From the NCBI GenBank assembly GCA_003009755.1, contig PXUB01000003.1:25667-89666 (forward strand): DNA of 64,000 bases. Reading direction: 5' to 3'. Positions 1 to 9,119 of this stretch are shown here, piece by piece. The notes below the pieces were generated by a model. It ran no database searches. It saw only the letters and a list, made by a program, of their open reading frames with translations, and had not been told where the DNA came from. Each line of letters starts with the position of its first letter. Positions within the stretch are counted from its first letter, which is position 1. The stretch comes from Thermoplasmatales archaeon SW_10_69_26. Lineage in GTDB: Archaea; Thermoplasmatota; SW-10-69-26. A program made the translations under genes and the position numbers.

Positions 1-555
1 TGCCGGGAGATCGGGGAAAGCGGGGTCAACGGCGGCGCCCAGACGCACGGCGCCGGCGTCCTCGTCGACCACGGGGACGCGGACGACACCTACGAGGCGG
101 GCGTGCACGTGAACTGCGACCCGCGGTGCACCGCCGGACGCGACGGCGCCAACGGCGCCGGCACCGCCGGGACCGGGCTCCTCGTGGACGAGGGTGGCGA
201 CGACGCCTACCGGGCCGGCGTCGACGTGCACATGCCCTGCGAGGGGACCTCCTGCGACGTGAATGTCGGCGGGGACGGCGCCAACGGCGGCGCCGACAGC
301 GTGGGCCGGGCCGCGCTGGTGGACCTCGGCGGCGACGACGCCTACCTCGGCGGGGTCGACGTGACGTGCGAGGCCGAGCTGTGCGAGGTCGGTCAGGAGG
401 CCGTCAACGGCGGCGCTGACCTGGGGGCGGGCCTGCTCGTCGACGCCCAGGGGACCGACCGGTATGAGGACGACCAGGGCGGCACCGGCACCGACCGGAC
501 CGTCGCGCCCAAGGGCGAGCTCGGCGCCCAGATCGACACCGACGACGCGCCCTGA
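1..555 (+). CDS. 3' part of Gly/Asp-rich repeat protein (G-x-NGG...LLVDxGGDDxY repeats); 5' end outside window
   Basis: Open frame from window edge. The repeats and C-terminus EDDQGGTGTDRTVAPKGELGAQID closely match the protein at 5161-7122. Confidence 0.8.
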   Translation, partial: CREIGESGVNGGAQTHGAGVLVDHGDADDTYEAGVHVNCDPRCTAGRDGANGAGTAGTGLLVDEGGDDAYRAGVDVHMPCEGTSCDVNVGGDGANGGADSVGRAALVDLGGDDAYLGGVDVTCEAELCEVGQEAVNGGADLGAGLLVDAQGTDRYEDDQGGTGTDRTVAPKGELGAQIDTDDAP

Positions 556-895
556 GCCGAGACGAGCCCCTCTGGGGGCCCGTCGAGGGCGTCACCACGT
601 TCCACGCGTCGTCCCCCGGTCCGAACGAACGGGGCGAGGAGGCGTGAGACGCGAGCGTGGCGCCCGAGCCTGCTCGGTCCACTGGCCGCCCTCGTCGCCC
701 CGGTGGCCGGTTCCAGCCGGTCAGCTTCCCCCTCGAGCCGGGGCAGGCCTGCAGCACGCGGGTCTCCGGGTCGCGGGCCTCGACCGACAGGGAGAGCTCG
801 TCCCCGTTCTCCTCGTCGCTTCGTCTGCCGCCACACATGCTCGGCGCGGCGAAGCCTCACCAGCCCTCCGCGGGTTCGGCCCGCGAGGCCTCGCC

Positions 896-2185
896 GTGCC
901 CTCGATCCCCACCACGATCCTGCCTGACAGCACGCTCTCCTTGATGCGCAAGCCCTACGATTTCATCCGCGAGGAGTGCCAACGCCAGGGCGCCGACCTC
1001 TTCGCGACCCGGCTCATGCTCGAGCCGACGATCTGCGTGACCGGCCCCGAGGCCGCCGAGCTCTTCTACGACGAGGACCGGTTCCGACGCTACGGCGCCG
1101 CCCCGGTCCGCGTCCAGAAGACCCTCTTCGGCGACGAGGGCATCCAGAGCCTCGACGGCCAGGCCCACCGCCACCGCAAACGGATGCTGATGGACCTGAC
1201 CACGCCGGAACGGGCCCGGGACCTGGCAGTGCGCTTCCGGCAACTGTGGCGGTCGACGGTGCCCCGCTGGGCCAGCGCCGACCGCGTCGTGCTCTACGAC
1301 GAGGTGCGCGAGCTGATCACCCGCAGCGTGTTGCCCTGGGCCGGCATCCCCGTCGACGAGGACGAGATCCCGACGCGGACCCGCCAGCTCAGCAGCCTCT
1401 TCGAGACCGCCGGCGCCGTCGGACCCAAGCATTGGAAGGGCCGCATGGACCGATGGCAGGCCGACCGCTGGGCCGGTGACCTGATCCAAAGCGTCCGCGA
1501 TGGCGAGATCGATCCACCGGAGGGCTCCCCGCTGCACGAGGTCGCCTGGCACCACGACCTGGCCGAGCGGCTGCTCGACCCGCGCGAGGCCGGCGTCGAG
1601 CTGTTGAACCTCCTGCGGCCGACCGTCGCCGTCGGCGTCTACATCACTTTCGTCGCCCACGCCCTCCACCAACACCCCACCTGGGACGACGACATCGACG
1701 ACGAGCGAGCCTCGCGCTGGTTCGCCGAGGAGGTCCGCCGACACTACCCCTTCTTCCCCGTCGTCGCCGCCCGCACGCGGCGATCGTTCACCTGGAAGGG
1801 CTACCGGTTCCCCGCCGACCGCCGCGTCCTCTTGGACGTCGACGGCACCAACCACGACCTCCGCGTGTGGGAGGACCCCCACGAGTTCCGGCCCGAACGC
1901 TTCCGCGAGGCCGACCACGGCCCCTACGGCTTCATCCCGCAAGGCGGCGGCGACCCCGAGACCGGCCACCGATGTCCCGGCGAGGACATCACGCTGGCTC
2001 TCACGGAGACGGCGCTGGACTGCCTGCAGCAGACCAGCTACGGCGTGCCCGCCCAGGACCAGGCGATCGACCGCAGCCGCTTGCCCGCGTTGCCCTCCGA
2101 GGGCTTCGTGATCGACGACGTCGAGCCCCAGCCCGAGATCGAGGCCGCGATCGAACCGCCCGAACAGCGCCGGACGGCCCCCTGA
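896..2185 (+). CDS. Cytochrome P450, CYP152-like fatty-acid peroxygenase
   Basis: LLNLLRPTVAV (Arg-Pro of peroxygenases), EEVRR..PFFP, PQGGGD...GHRCPGE haem motif. GTG start inferred. Confidence 0.9.
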   Translation: MPSIPTTILPDSTLSLMRKPYDFIREECQRQGADLFATRLMLEPTICVTGPEAAELFYDEDRFRRYGAAPVRVQKTLFGDEGIQSLDGQAHRHRKRMLMDLTTPERARDLAVRFRQLWRSTVPRWASADRVVLYDEVRELITRSVLPWAGIPVDEDEIPTRTRQLSSLFETAGAVGPKHWKGRMDRWQADRWAGDLIQSVRDGEIDPPEGSPLHEVAWHHDLAERLLDPREAGVELLNLLRPTVAVGVYITFVAHALHQHPTWDDDIDDERASRWFAEEVRRHYPFFPVVAARTRRSFTWKGYRFPADRRVLLDVDGTNHDLRVWEDPHEFRPERFREADHGPYGFIPQGGGDPETGHRCPGEDITLALTETALDCLQQTSYGVPAQDQAIDRSRLPALPSEGFVIDDVEPQPEIEAAIEPPEQRRTAP

Positions 2186-2247
2186 TCCACCGTCCGCAGG
2201 GATCTCGAAGCGTTCAAGCCGATCCACCAGCGTCCTCCCCGACCACG

Positions 2248-2667
2248 ATGGTCGACACCCACCAGGACCGGGACATGAGCACGCACTTCACGGTCGTCGC
2301 CGCCCTCAACCTCGTCCTCGCCGTGCCCGCCATCCTGCTGGGCCTGTTCGTCTTCGTCGGCGGCCTGATCGGCGGCGGCGCCGTCGGCGCCTTCTCCGAC
2401 GTGCCCGCGGTCGGCGGCCTCGTCGCAGGGGCCGGCATCGTCGTCGGCCTCGGCATCATCGCGTTGGCCATCCCCGCCATCGTCGCTGGCGTCGGCCTGC
2501 TCAATCGCACGTCGTGGGCCAAACCCTGGACGATCGGGGCCGCCGTCCTGCACCTGATCAACGTCCCGATCGGCACCGCGTTCGGCATCTACGCGCTCTG
2601 GGCCATGCTCCAGCCCGAGACCGACCGCGCCCTGGGTCGGCCTACCTCGGCACCCCAACGCCCATAG
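2248..2667 (+). CDS. Small membrane protein
   Basis: Several hydrophobic segments; PIGTAFGIYALW motif; typical codon usage. Confidence 0.75.
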   Translation: MVDTHQDRDMSTHFTVVAALNLVLAVPAILLGLFVFVGGLIGGGAVGAFSDVPAVGGLVAGAGIVVGLGIIALAIPAIVAGVGLLNRTSWAKPWTIGAAVLHLINVPIGTAFGIYALWAMLQPETDRALGRPTSAPQRP

Positions 2668-2690
2668 GCCACGCTGGGCCTCTCGGACCC

Positions 2691-3767
2691 ATGACCGACC
2701 CATCGATCCGCGAACCGGACGTGCTCAACGAGCCCGGCGCCCGCGAACGCGCCGGCTGGGCCGCCGAAGCCGCCGAGCGCGAGAACGCCTTCGTGATCGC
2801 CTCCGGCAGCGTCCAACGCGAGACCCCGATCGTCGCGGACGTCGAGGAGGCCCTCGAGGACTTCCACGTCGGCACACACGTCGGGATCGGTCAACACGCC
2901 CCCAAGGACAACGTCGAGAAGGCCACCGAGGCCGCGCGCCGCGCCGACGCCGACCTCCTCGTCTCCGTCGGCGGCGGCAGCGTGCTCGACGCCGCCAAGT
3001 TCGTGCAACGCGAGCTCTCCGACGGGTTCGAGACCGAGATCCCCGCCCACGTCGCGATCCCGACCACGCTGTCCGGCTCCGAGTTCACGATCCTCGCCGG
3101 CTGGACCGCCGAGGGCTCCGACGGCCAGCCCGTCAAGACCGGCATGAGCGACCCCCGCATCGTGCCCGACGTCGCCCTGCTCGACGGCGAAGCCTGCACG
3201 TACACGCCGCGCTGGCTGTGGGCCGCCACCGGGATCCGCGCCGTCGACCACGCCGTCGAAGGCATCACCAGCTCGCAAGCCACCGAGGAAAGCGACGAGC
3301 GCTGCCTCGAAGCGATCGAGCTCTTCGCCGAGCACCTGCCCGAGGCCGTCGACGACGCCGACGACGTCGAGGCCCACACCCAGTGCCTGGAGGCGGGCCG
3401 CCAAGCCTCGGCCGGCATCAACTACGCCGCCAGCGGCGCCGGCCTCTCCCACAAGCTCGGCAAGGCGATCGGCTCCACCTGGGACGTCCCCCACGGCGTC
3501 ACGAGCGCGCTCACGCTGCCCAAGGTGCTCGAGTTCGAGGCCGAGCGCCAGCCCGAACGCGTCGCGCTCATCGAGGACGCGCTGGGCGTCGACGACGCCG
3601 CGGACGCCATCCGCCAGCTCGTCGCCGACGTCGGCATCGAGCGCAAGCCGCTCAAGGAGTACGGCATCGAGGGTACAGATGTGCCCTGGATCGTCGAGTA
3701 CGCGCTCGGCAAGCGCGACGACGACGTCGAGCAGCTGACGCTGGAGCTGCTGGAAGACGTGGAATAG
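2691..3767 (+). CDS. Iron-containing alcohol dehydrogenase family (maleylacetate reductase-like)
   Basis: VGGGSVLDAAK, IPTTLSGSE, DHAVE, HKLG, PHG motifs. Confidence 0.9.
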   Translation: MTDPSIREPDVLNEPGARERAGWAAEAAERENAFVIASGSVQRETPIVADVEEALEDFHVGTHVGIGQHAPKDNVEKATEAARRADADLLVSVGGGSVLDAAKFVQRELSDGFETEIPAHVAIPTTLSGSEFTILAGWTAEGSDGQPVKTGMSDPRIVPDVALLDGEACTYTPRWLWAATGIRAVDHAVEGITSSQATEESDERCLEAIELFAEHLPEAVDDADDVEAHTQCLEAGRQASAGINYAASGAGLSHKLGKAIGSTWDVPHGVTSALTLPKVLEFEAERQPERVALIEDALGVDDAADAIRQLVADVGIERKPLKEYGIEGTDVPWIVEYALGKRDDDVEQLTLELLEDVE

Positions 3768-3886
3768 GAAGGGCGGAGGCCTGCGGGCTTGGGTCCTCCG
3801 ACGATCTCAGCCTGACCAGATCGACCCGATCGGAGAACGTCCGCTGTAGCCACCGGAAGGACTAAGCCACTTGGCGGTCTTAGATA

Positions 3887-3898
3887 TGCCATATGGCA
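3887..3898. promoter_or_regulatory. Palindrome TGCCATATGGCA over the antitoxin start codon, candidate operator
   Basis: Perfect 12-bp palindrome in an AT-richer patch overlapping the ATG at 3893. Confidence 0.5.
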
Positions 3899-4363
3899 CT
3901 AGGCGCCGGGGCGGGGGATGCGCCCTCTGTCGAGGCGGCAGGCGACACCGAGCTCCCGACGGTCATCCGGAGCTTGAACTTGCAGGCGTCGAGCCCGCTC
4001 GCGGTCGCCGACGAGATCGAACAGGGGTTGGGCGTCGACGCGCTGGAAGCCCTGCAAGAGACCCTCCGGTTGTCCGGTGACCAGATGGCCGAGGCCATCG
4101 GTATCTCCCCCCGAACGCTCTCCCGGAGGAGGGACGCCGGCATGCTCACCCCCGAGGAGTCGGACCGGCTCGTTCAGCTCGGGATCCTGTTCGACGAAGC
4201 CGTCGCGCTCTTCGACGGCGAAGTCGAGCAAGCCCGCGATTGGTTCAAGCACCCGACGCGAGCTCTGGGGGACGCGTCCCCGCTGGCCACGGCCAGCACG
4301 TTCGTCGGCGCCCGCGAGGTGGAGAAGCTCATCGGCCGACTGGAGCACGGGGTCTTCGCTTGA
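3893..4363 (+). CDS. Xre/MbcA/ParS-type antitoxin
   Basis: HTH GISPRTLSRR, LTPEESDRL, C-terminal WF..P..ALG..SPL...LIGRLEHGVF; directly upstream of a RES gene. Confidence 0.9.
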   Translation: MALGAGAGDAPSVEAAGDTELPTVIRSLNLQASSPLAVADEIEQGLGVDALEALQETLRLSGDQMAEAIGISPRTLSRRRDAGMLTPEESDRLVQLGILFDEAVALFDGEVEQARDWFKHPTRALGDASPLATASTFVGAREVEKLIGRLEHGVFA

Positions 4364-4818
4364 CTCGGATCTGGCGGATGTGCAGATCTCGCCACCTCGA
4401 CGACGCCTTCGACGGCGAGGGAGCCCGACGCTACGGCGGCCGGTGGAACAGCCCCGGAACCCGGATGGTCTACACCGCGGACAGCGCCGCCCTCGCCACG
4501 CTCGAGATCCTCGTCAACCTCGAGCAGACAGCCTTGCTCGCGGCCTACAACTTCGTCCCGGCCGACCTCGACGAGGAGTTCATCGAGGATCTCGGCAACG
4601 ACGAGATGCCCGACGACTGGCGTCAGGCCCCGCCCTCCGAGAGCACGCAGCGCATCGGGGACGAGTGGATCGAAAGCGAGAGCTCCGTTGGACTGAGAGT
4701 CCCCAGTTCCGTGGTGCCTGGAGAGAACATCCTCCTGAACCCCGACCACTCCCACTTCCGGGAGATCGAGGTCCAAGAACCGATGGACTGGGACGCGGAT
4801 CCCCGGCTTCTGCCCTAG
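4360..4818 (+). CDS. RES-domain toxin (NAD+ phosphorylase family)
   Basis: GEGARRYGGRWNSPG, VYTA..ALATLEILV, LRVPSSVVPG..NILLNPDH. TTG start overlaps the antitoxin stop. Confidence 0.92.
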   Translation: MTRIWRMCRSRHLDDAFDGEGARRYGGRWNSPGTRMVYTADSAALATLEILVNLEQTALLAAYNFVPADLDEEFIEDLGNDEMPDDWRQAPPSESTQRIGDEWIESESSVGLRVPSSVVPGENILLNPDHSHFREIEVQEPMDWDADPRLLP

Positions 4819-4898
4819 TAGCTCACACGTCTCGTTCCCCTTCACAGTCCGTGGGAGGTCAGTAGGGGCGTCCGACCGAGCGGGGTGGGCAACGCGAA

Positions 4899-5062
4899 CT
4901 GGGATCCCCCGCGGCGTCACGAGCGCGCTCACCCTGCCCAAGGTGCTCGAGTTCGAGGCCGAGCGCCAGCCCGAACGCGTCGCCCTCGTCGAGCACGCGC
5001 TCGGCAAGCGCGACGACGACGTCGAGCAGCTGACGCTGGAGCTGCTGGAGAGCGTCGAGTAG
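4899..5062 (+). pseudogene. Displaced duplicate of the ADH gene 3' end with a 123-bp internal deletion
   Basis: Near-identical to 3479-3570 joined to 3694-3767. Deletion lies between repeats tcgaggacgcgctgggc and tcgagtacgcgctcggc. No start codon. Confidence 0.9.
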
Positions 5063-5160
5063 ACGGGTCGGCGTCCGTCTCCGTCGGGTCGAGGACGACC
5101 GTGGCCTAGCTGTCCGTCGCCTCGTTGCCCACCTCGGCCCTCAGAGGTCGGCCGGGCATC

Positions 5161-7122
5161 TTAGGGGGTGGTGTCGTCGCTGTCCACCTGGGCGCCCACG
5201 GTCCCCTTCGGGGCCACGGTGCGGTCCACGCCGGTCCCGCCGGCACCGTCCTCGTACTCGTCGCGACCGCCGCCGTCCAGCAGCGCACCGACGCCCCCGG
5301 ACCAGCCGCCTCCGTTCGTGCCCCTGTCCTCGGCGGTGTAGATGTCGTTCCCGGCTCGGTCGAGCAGGAACCCCTCACCGTCCCAGTAGCCGCCGCCGTT
5401 CGTCCCTGCACCTTCCGCGGCGTAGGTGTCGTCCCCGGACCGATCAAGGAGACGGCCTTCGCCTCCGGCAGCGCCACCGTTCGTCCCTTCGAAGCCACCC
5501 TGGTACGTGTCGTTGCCCGCTCGGTCGACCAGCAGACCGCTGGCGCCGTCGGCTCCCCCACCGTTCGTGCCCACGTCGGCGGCAGCGTACGAGTCGTTCC
5601 CGGCCTCGTCGATCAAGGTTCCCTCGCCGTCGAAGTTGGCCCCCTCGTGGGCTCCGCCGTTGGTACCCGACGTCCCGGCGGTGTAGGTGTCGTCGCCACC
5701 TTCGTCGAGCAGGAAGCCCGTGCCCGAGTCCCCTCCTCCGTTCGTGCCCCTGTCCTCGGCGGTGTAGGTGTCGCTTCCGCCTCCGTCGAGCAAGGCACCC
5801 ACGCCAGCGAACCATCCGCCGCCGTTCGTGCCGAGGTCTTCCGCGCCGTAGGCGTCGTTGCCAGCTCGGTCGAGCAGGAAGCCGACCCCGTCGGATGTGG
5901 CTCCGCCATTCGCACCCGAGAGACGGGCGGTGTAGGTGTCGTTGCCGGCTCGGTCAAGCAGGGAGCCGGTGCCGAGGTTGTCTCCGCCTCCGTTCGTGCC
6001 GTGCGAAGCGGCCGTGTAGGTGTCGTTCCCGGTTTCGTCGAGCAGGAACCCTGCGCCGAGCGATCCACCCCCGTTCGTGCCGACGCGATGCGCATGGTAG
6101 ACGTCGTCCCCGCCCTCGTCGAACAGGAAGCCCGCACCCTCGTAGCCACCGCCGTTGGCACCACAGCTGCGGGGGTCGGTTCGATCTCCGAAGGCATCCT
6201 CGCCGTGACCGAGGTCGATCAACGCCGCGGACGCATACTCTCTCGTCTGGAGGAGCTGGCAAGTCCCCTCGGCGAGGTTGCTGCCACCGGCGTTGTTGCG
6301 GTAGCGGTCGTCGCCTCCCCCGTCGACCAGCACAGCCACGTCTTCCTCGTAGAGGTTGTCGCAAGAGGTCAAGTCGATCGAGAACGCAGGTGCCACGGTG
6401 AGGGGGTCACAGGCGGTCTGGGCCCCCGACTGGGGGAAGGCATCCTGTAGCCGGGTGGCGGCCTGGAGGACGTGTGTTCGGGACGTGAGGATGGGTCCCA
6501 GGTCTACGCCCGCCTCGGCCAGCGGGGTCGCACCCCTCGCGGAAGCGCTCTGGTGGGACGGACGGTCGGGGTCGACATCGGTCCCGGATGCAGCCATCGC
6601 GGCTTGGGGGCGCACGGTTCCCGGGTCGTAGCCCTCGTAGGCTCGCTGCGTGGCGGCATCGAAGGCCAAGAAGGCGTCGACGAACCGCGTCAGGGCATCG
6701 TGTTGCTCCGCGGGGAGGGTGTCGAGAACCTGGAGGGCCCGCCGGTCCTCGGACGAGGGTGTGGTGTTGTGGCGATCCATGAGCGTGGTCAAGGCATCGC
6801 TGGGCGAGCCATGGTGGGGCACCTCCACGTCGGCGAGCTCGGCTCCGTGCTGGTTGGCCTGCCACTCCGCCGCCTGCCGGGTCAGGCTCACCCTGTCTGC
6901 CTCCAGCGTGACTGGGGCCTCGGTCCGGCTACCGATCGCGCTGGCGTCCACCGAGAGCCGCTGGGCTACCGGGTCCGGGAGGAGCGGCAGGTGCAGCCGA
7001 TCGCGGACGTTCGCGTCCGCTGACGGGGACGCTGCGGTGGCGGAGGTCGCCAACCCCAACAGGACCAAAGCCACCACGCCCACGCCGACGATCGCCCAAG
7101 ATAGGGATCGCGTAACCGTCAT
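5161..7122 (-). CDS. Secreted Gly/Asp-rich repeat protein (11 x ~27-aa G[TA]NGG..GxLLD.xG.DTY), putative Ca-binding beta-solenoid
   Basis: N-terminal hydrophobic signal MTVTRSLSWAIVGVGVVALVLLG; tandem repeats visible in the translation. Confidence 0.85.
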   Translation of the reverse strand: MTVTRSLSWAIVGVGVVALVLLGLATSATAASPSADANVRDRLHLPLLPDPVAQRLSVDASAIGSRTEAPVTLEADRVSLTRQAAEWQANQHGAELADVEVPHHGSPSDALTTLMDRHNTTPSSEDRRALQVLDTLPAEQHDALTRFVDAFLAFDAATQRAYEGYDPGTVRPQAAMAASGTDVDPDRPSHQSASARGATPLAEAGVDLGPILTSRTHVLQAATRLQDAFPQSGAQTACDPLTVAPAFSIDLTSCDNLYEEDVAVLVDGGGDDRYRNNAGGSNLAEGTCQLLQTREYASAALIDLGHGEDAFGDRTDPRSCGANGGGYEGAGFLFDEGGDDVYHAHRVGTNGGGSLGAGFLLDETGNDTYTAASHGTNGGGDNLGTGSLLDRAGNDTYTARLSGANGGATSDGVGFLLDRAGNDAYGAEDLGTNGGGWFAGVGALLDGGGSDTYTAEDRGTNGGGDSGTGFLLDEGGDDTYTAGTSGTNGGAHEGANFDGEGTLIDEAGNDSYAAADVGTNGGGADGASGLLVDRAGNDTYQGGFEGTNGGAAGGEGRLLDRSGDDTYAAEGAGTNGGGYWDGEGFLLDRAGNDIYTAEDRGTNGGGWSGGVGALLDGGGRDEYEDGAGGTGVDRTVAPKGTVGAQVDSDDTTP

Positions 7123-7176
7123 CCGTGCGAGCCGCCCAGCGGGGAGAACCCGCCGTGCGCGGAAAAACATGAGGTC

Positions 7177-7671
7177 TTGCCGCCCAGTTGGGGCACACCT
7201 CTGACTGCTCCGGCCGCCGCCGACCATGGCGCTGGACAGAAGTTCGTGGAGATGCAGGTTGGGCAAGCGCCGCTCCCGACGGCTGGCAACCACGTTCACC
7301 TCGACCCCGCCGACCCGGTCGGCACAGAGCGGACCGTGGCGACGTTCGAGGTCCCCGACCACGACGATCGGTTCTACCTGCACGTGACCGAGGTCCAGAC
7401 CAACGGCGCGGCGGTCGAGTTCAGCGACCGCATCACCGCCGTCAGCCCCGACGGTAACCGAAGCGAGGTCGGCGGCTACACGCCGAACGGCAACTTCGTC
7501 GCGGTCTGGGCCTGCTACGATCCCCCGGCTCCGTTCTGTTCGGATGAGCGCCATCCCGGCCTGGATCCACCCCACGTGACCGAGGCCGGAGACGGGGAGT
7601 ACGAACTCCGGTTCGTCGGCCTCACGTCCCTCAGCTACACCGTCTCCGTGTACGGGTTCGTCGACGGATAG
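7177..7671 (+). CDS. Paralog of 7712-8230 lacking an intact signal peptide (possible pseudogene)
   Basis: Shares AAD.GAG..FVEM..G.AP, TFEVPD..D.F.L..TE, E.HPG..P..V..A.DG.YELR. Upstream ATG at 7169 is out of frame. Confidence 0.6.
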   Translation: MPPSWGTPLTAPAAADHGAGQKFVEMQVGQAPLPTAGNHVHLDPADPVGTERTVATFEVPDHDDRFYLHVTEVQTNGAAVEFSDRITAVSPDGNRSEVGGYTPNGNFVAVWACYDPPAPFCSDERHPGLDPPHVTEAGDGEYELRFVGLTSLSYTVSVYGFVDG

Positions 7672-7711
7672 TCCCCGAAGTCCTTATCCACGCCGAGACG
7701 GTTCGACTGAC

Positions 7712-8230
7712 ATGCGATGGAGGTCCGGGCTCGCGGTCTGGGTCGGTCTAGCGATGGCGTTGCTGGGGATGGCTCCGGTCGCCGCCGACGACGGCGCCGG
7801 AGAAACGTTCGTCGAAATGGAAATCGGTGACGCACCGGCACCTACCGTCGGGTACACGACCGAGACGGACGGCGGTTTTCCCGCCGACCGGGGACGCACC
7901 GTGGACACCTTCGAGGTGCCCGACCGCTTCGACGAGTTCCACCTCTACATGACCGAGAAGCACACCGAGGCCACGACGCGCGCCGAGGTGTGGGAGAGCT
8001 TCACTGCTGAGGCGCCCAGCGGGGCCTCGGTCCAGGTCGGCGGCCACACCGGCGGCACCGGGTTCGGGTTCAGCACCTGCCTCCCGCCGGCGGTGTCCTG
8101 CACGTACGAGAAGCACCCCGGATCGAACCCGAACTACGTCAAGCCGGCCGAGGACGGAACCTACGAACTCCGGGTGGAGGGCGTCGTGACCGGCACCTAC
8201 ACGGTCACCGGCTATGGGCTCAGCGGGTGA
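7712..8230 (+). CDS. Secreted hypothetical protein
   Basis: Signal peptide MRWRSGLAVWVGLAMALLGMAPVAA; one Cys pair; paralog immediately upstream. Confidence 0.8.
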   Translation: MRWRSGLAVWVGLAMALLGMAPVAADDGAGETFVEMEIGDAPAPTVGYTTETDGGFPADRGRTVDTFEVPDRFDEFHLYMTEKHTEATTRAEVWESFTAEAPSGASVQVGGHTGGTGFGFSTCLPPAVSCTYEKHPGSNPNYVKPAEDGTYELRVEGVVTGTYTVTGYGLSG

Positions 8231-8251
8231 GAGCCTCGGCTTCCGGGCCGC

Positions 8252-8480
8252 TCATGCGCCCCGCGGGTCGACGAGCCGGAACCCGATGTCCGAGCCCATC
8301 TGCTGATCGAACGCCAGCTGCCTGTTCAGGTACGCCAGCGATTCCAGGTAGCGCGCATTCGCCAGCGGGCCGGCATCCGTCGTCTCGAACCCGATATCCT
8401 CGGCCAACGAGACCGCCTCCCGGCGAGCCTGCTCGTCGCCGGCCGCGACCACCGTCAACGGTTCCCCGCGCACGTCGCCG
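8252..8480 (-). pseudogene. Orphan 3' fragment of an F420-dependent NADP oxidoreductase-family gene
   Basis: Translation VAAGDEQARREAVSLAEDIGFETTDAGPLANARYLESL matches the family C-terminus as I recall it. No N-terminal Rossmann part or start. Confidence 0.7.
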
Positions 8481-8567
8481 GACGGAGAGGCTTCCGAGAA
8501 AGGAACTGTTCGAGGACGCCCCCTCCCGGGGCCGCCTCGTGACCGACCGAGCCGCTGAGGCTCCCCG

Positions 8568-8734
8568 CTATTCGAGCGTGCGGCGCTCGGCCTGCTGTTG
8601 CTCGATCGCCTTGAACAGGGCCTTGAAGTTGCCCTTGCCGAACCCTTGGGCGCCCCTACGCTGGATGATCTCTCGAAGAACATCGTCGGGCGATCCTGGA
8701 TCGGGTTCGTGAACAGCTGCAGCAGGTAGCCCTC
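8568..8734 (-). pseudogene. Displaced duplicate of the hppD 3' end
   Basis: Near-identical to 9811-9975, with a 2-bp insertion (gatctctcg vs gatctcg) and a few substitutions. Confidence 0.92.
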
Positions 8735-8798
8735 GTGACCCCTGGACGTGAGTCCACCTTTCGAAACCATCAAACCGTCGCCGCTGCGTTCGCGATGC

Positions 8799-9119
8799 GT
8801 GCCGAACCGACGGAGAGACGCCGCGAGGGAGTTCGCCCGCCGGCTCGAGCAGTTGCTGGGCGACAACGTGCGGTCGATCCTCCTCTTCGGATCCGTGGCC
8901 CGCGGCGAGGACGACGCTTCCAGCGATGTGGATCTCCTGGTGATCGTTGAGGACGAAGGCGAGGTGCCCGATCTCTCTGAGGCAATCGGGTCCTGGATGG
9001 TGGAGCACGACGAGGTTCTCCAGCTCCACGTCGTCTCGCGGGAGAAGTACGAGGAGCTCCGTTCCAGAGGCACCGCGTTCGCCAACACGATCGCAAGAGA
9101 GGGCGAAGCGCTTGCCTGA
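8799..9119 (+). CDS. Minimal nucleotidyltransferase (MNT) antitoxin
   Basis: LLFGSVARGE....SDVDLLV (GS..DxD); overlaps a downstream HEPN gene. Confidence 0.88.
   Translation: MPNRRRDAAREFARRLEQLLGDNVRSILLFGSVARGEDDASSDVDLLVIVEDEGEVPDLSEAIGSWMVEHDEVLQLHVVSREKYEELRSRGTAFANTIAREGEALA

Noticed and set aside
556-860. Possible ORF or remnant between the repeat gene and the P450
   Set aside because: No convincing motif or consistent coding frame.
4872-4881. CCGACCGAGC matching the 3' end of the structured family beside the ADH duplicate
   Set aside because: A GC-rich 10-mer is plausible by chance in 64 kb, and there is no further alignment.
5280-6160. CRISPR-like periodic DNA repeats
   Set aside because: The ~81-bp periodicity is the protein repeat, varying at synonymous positions.
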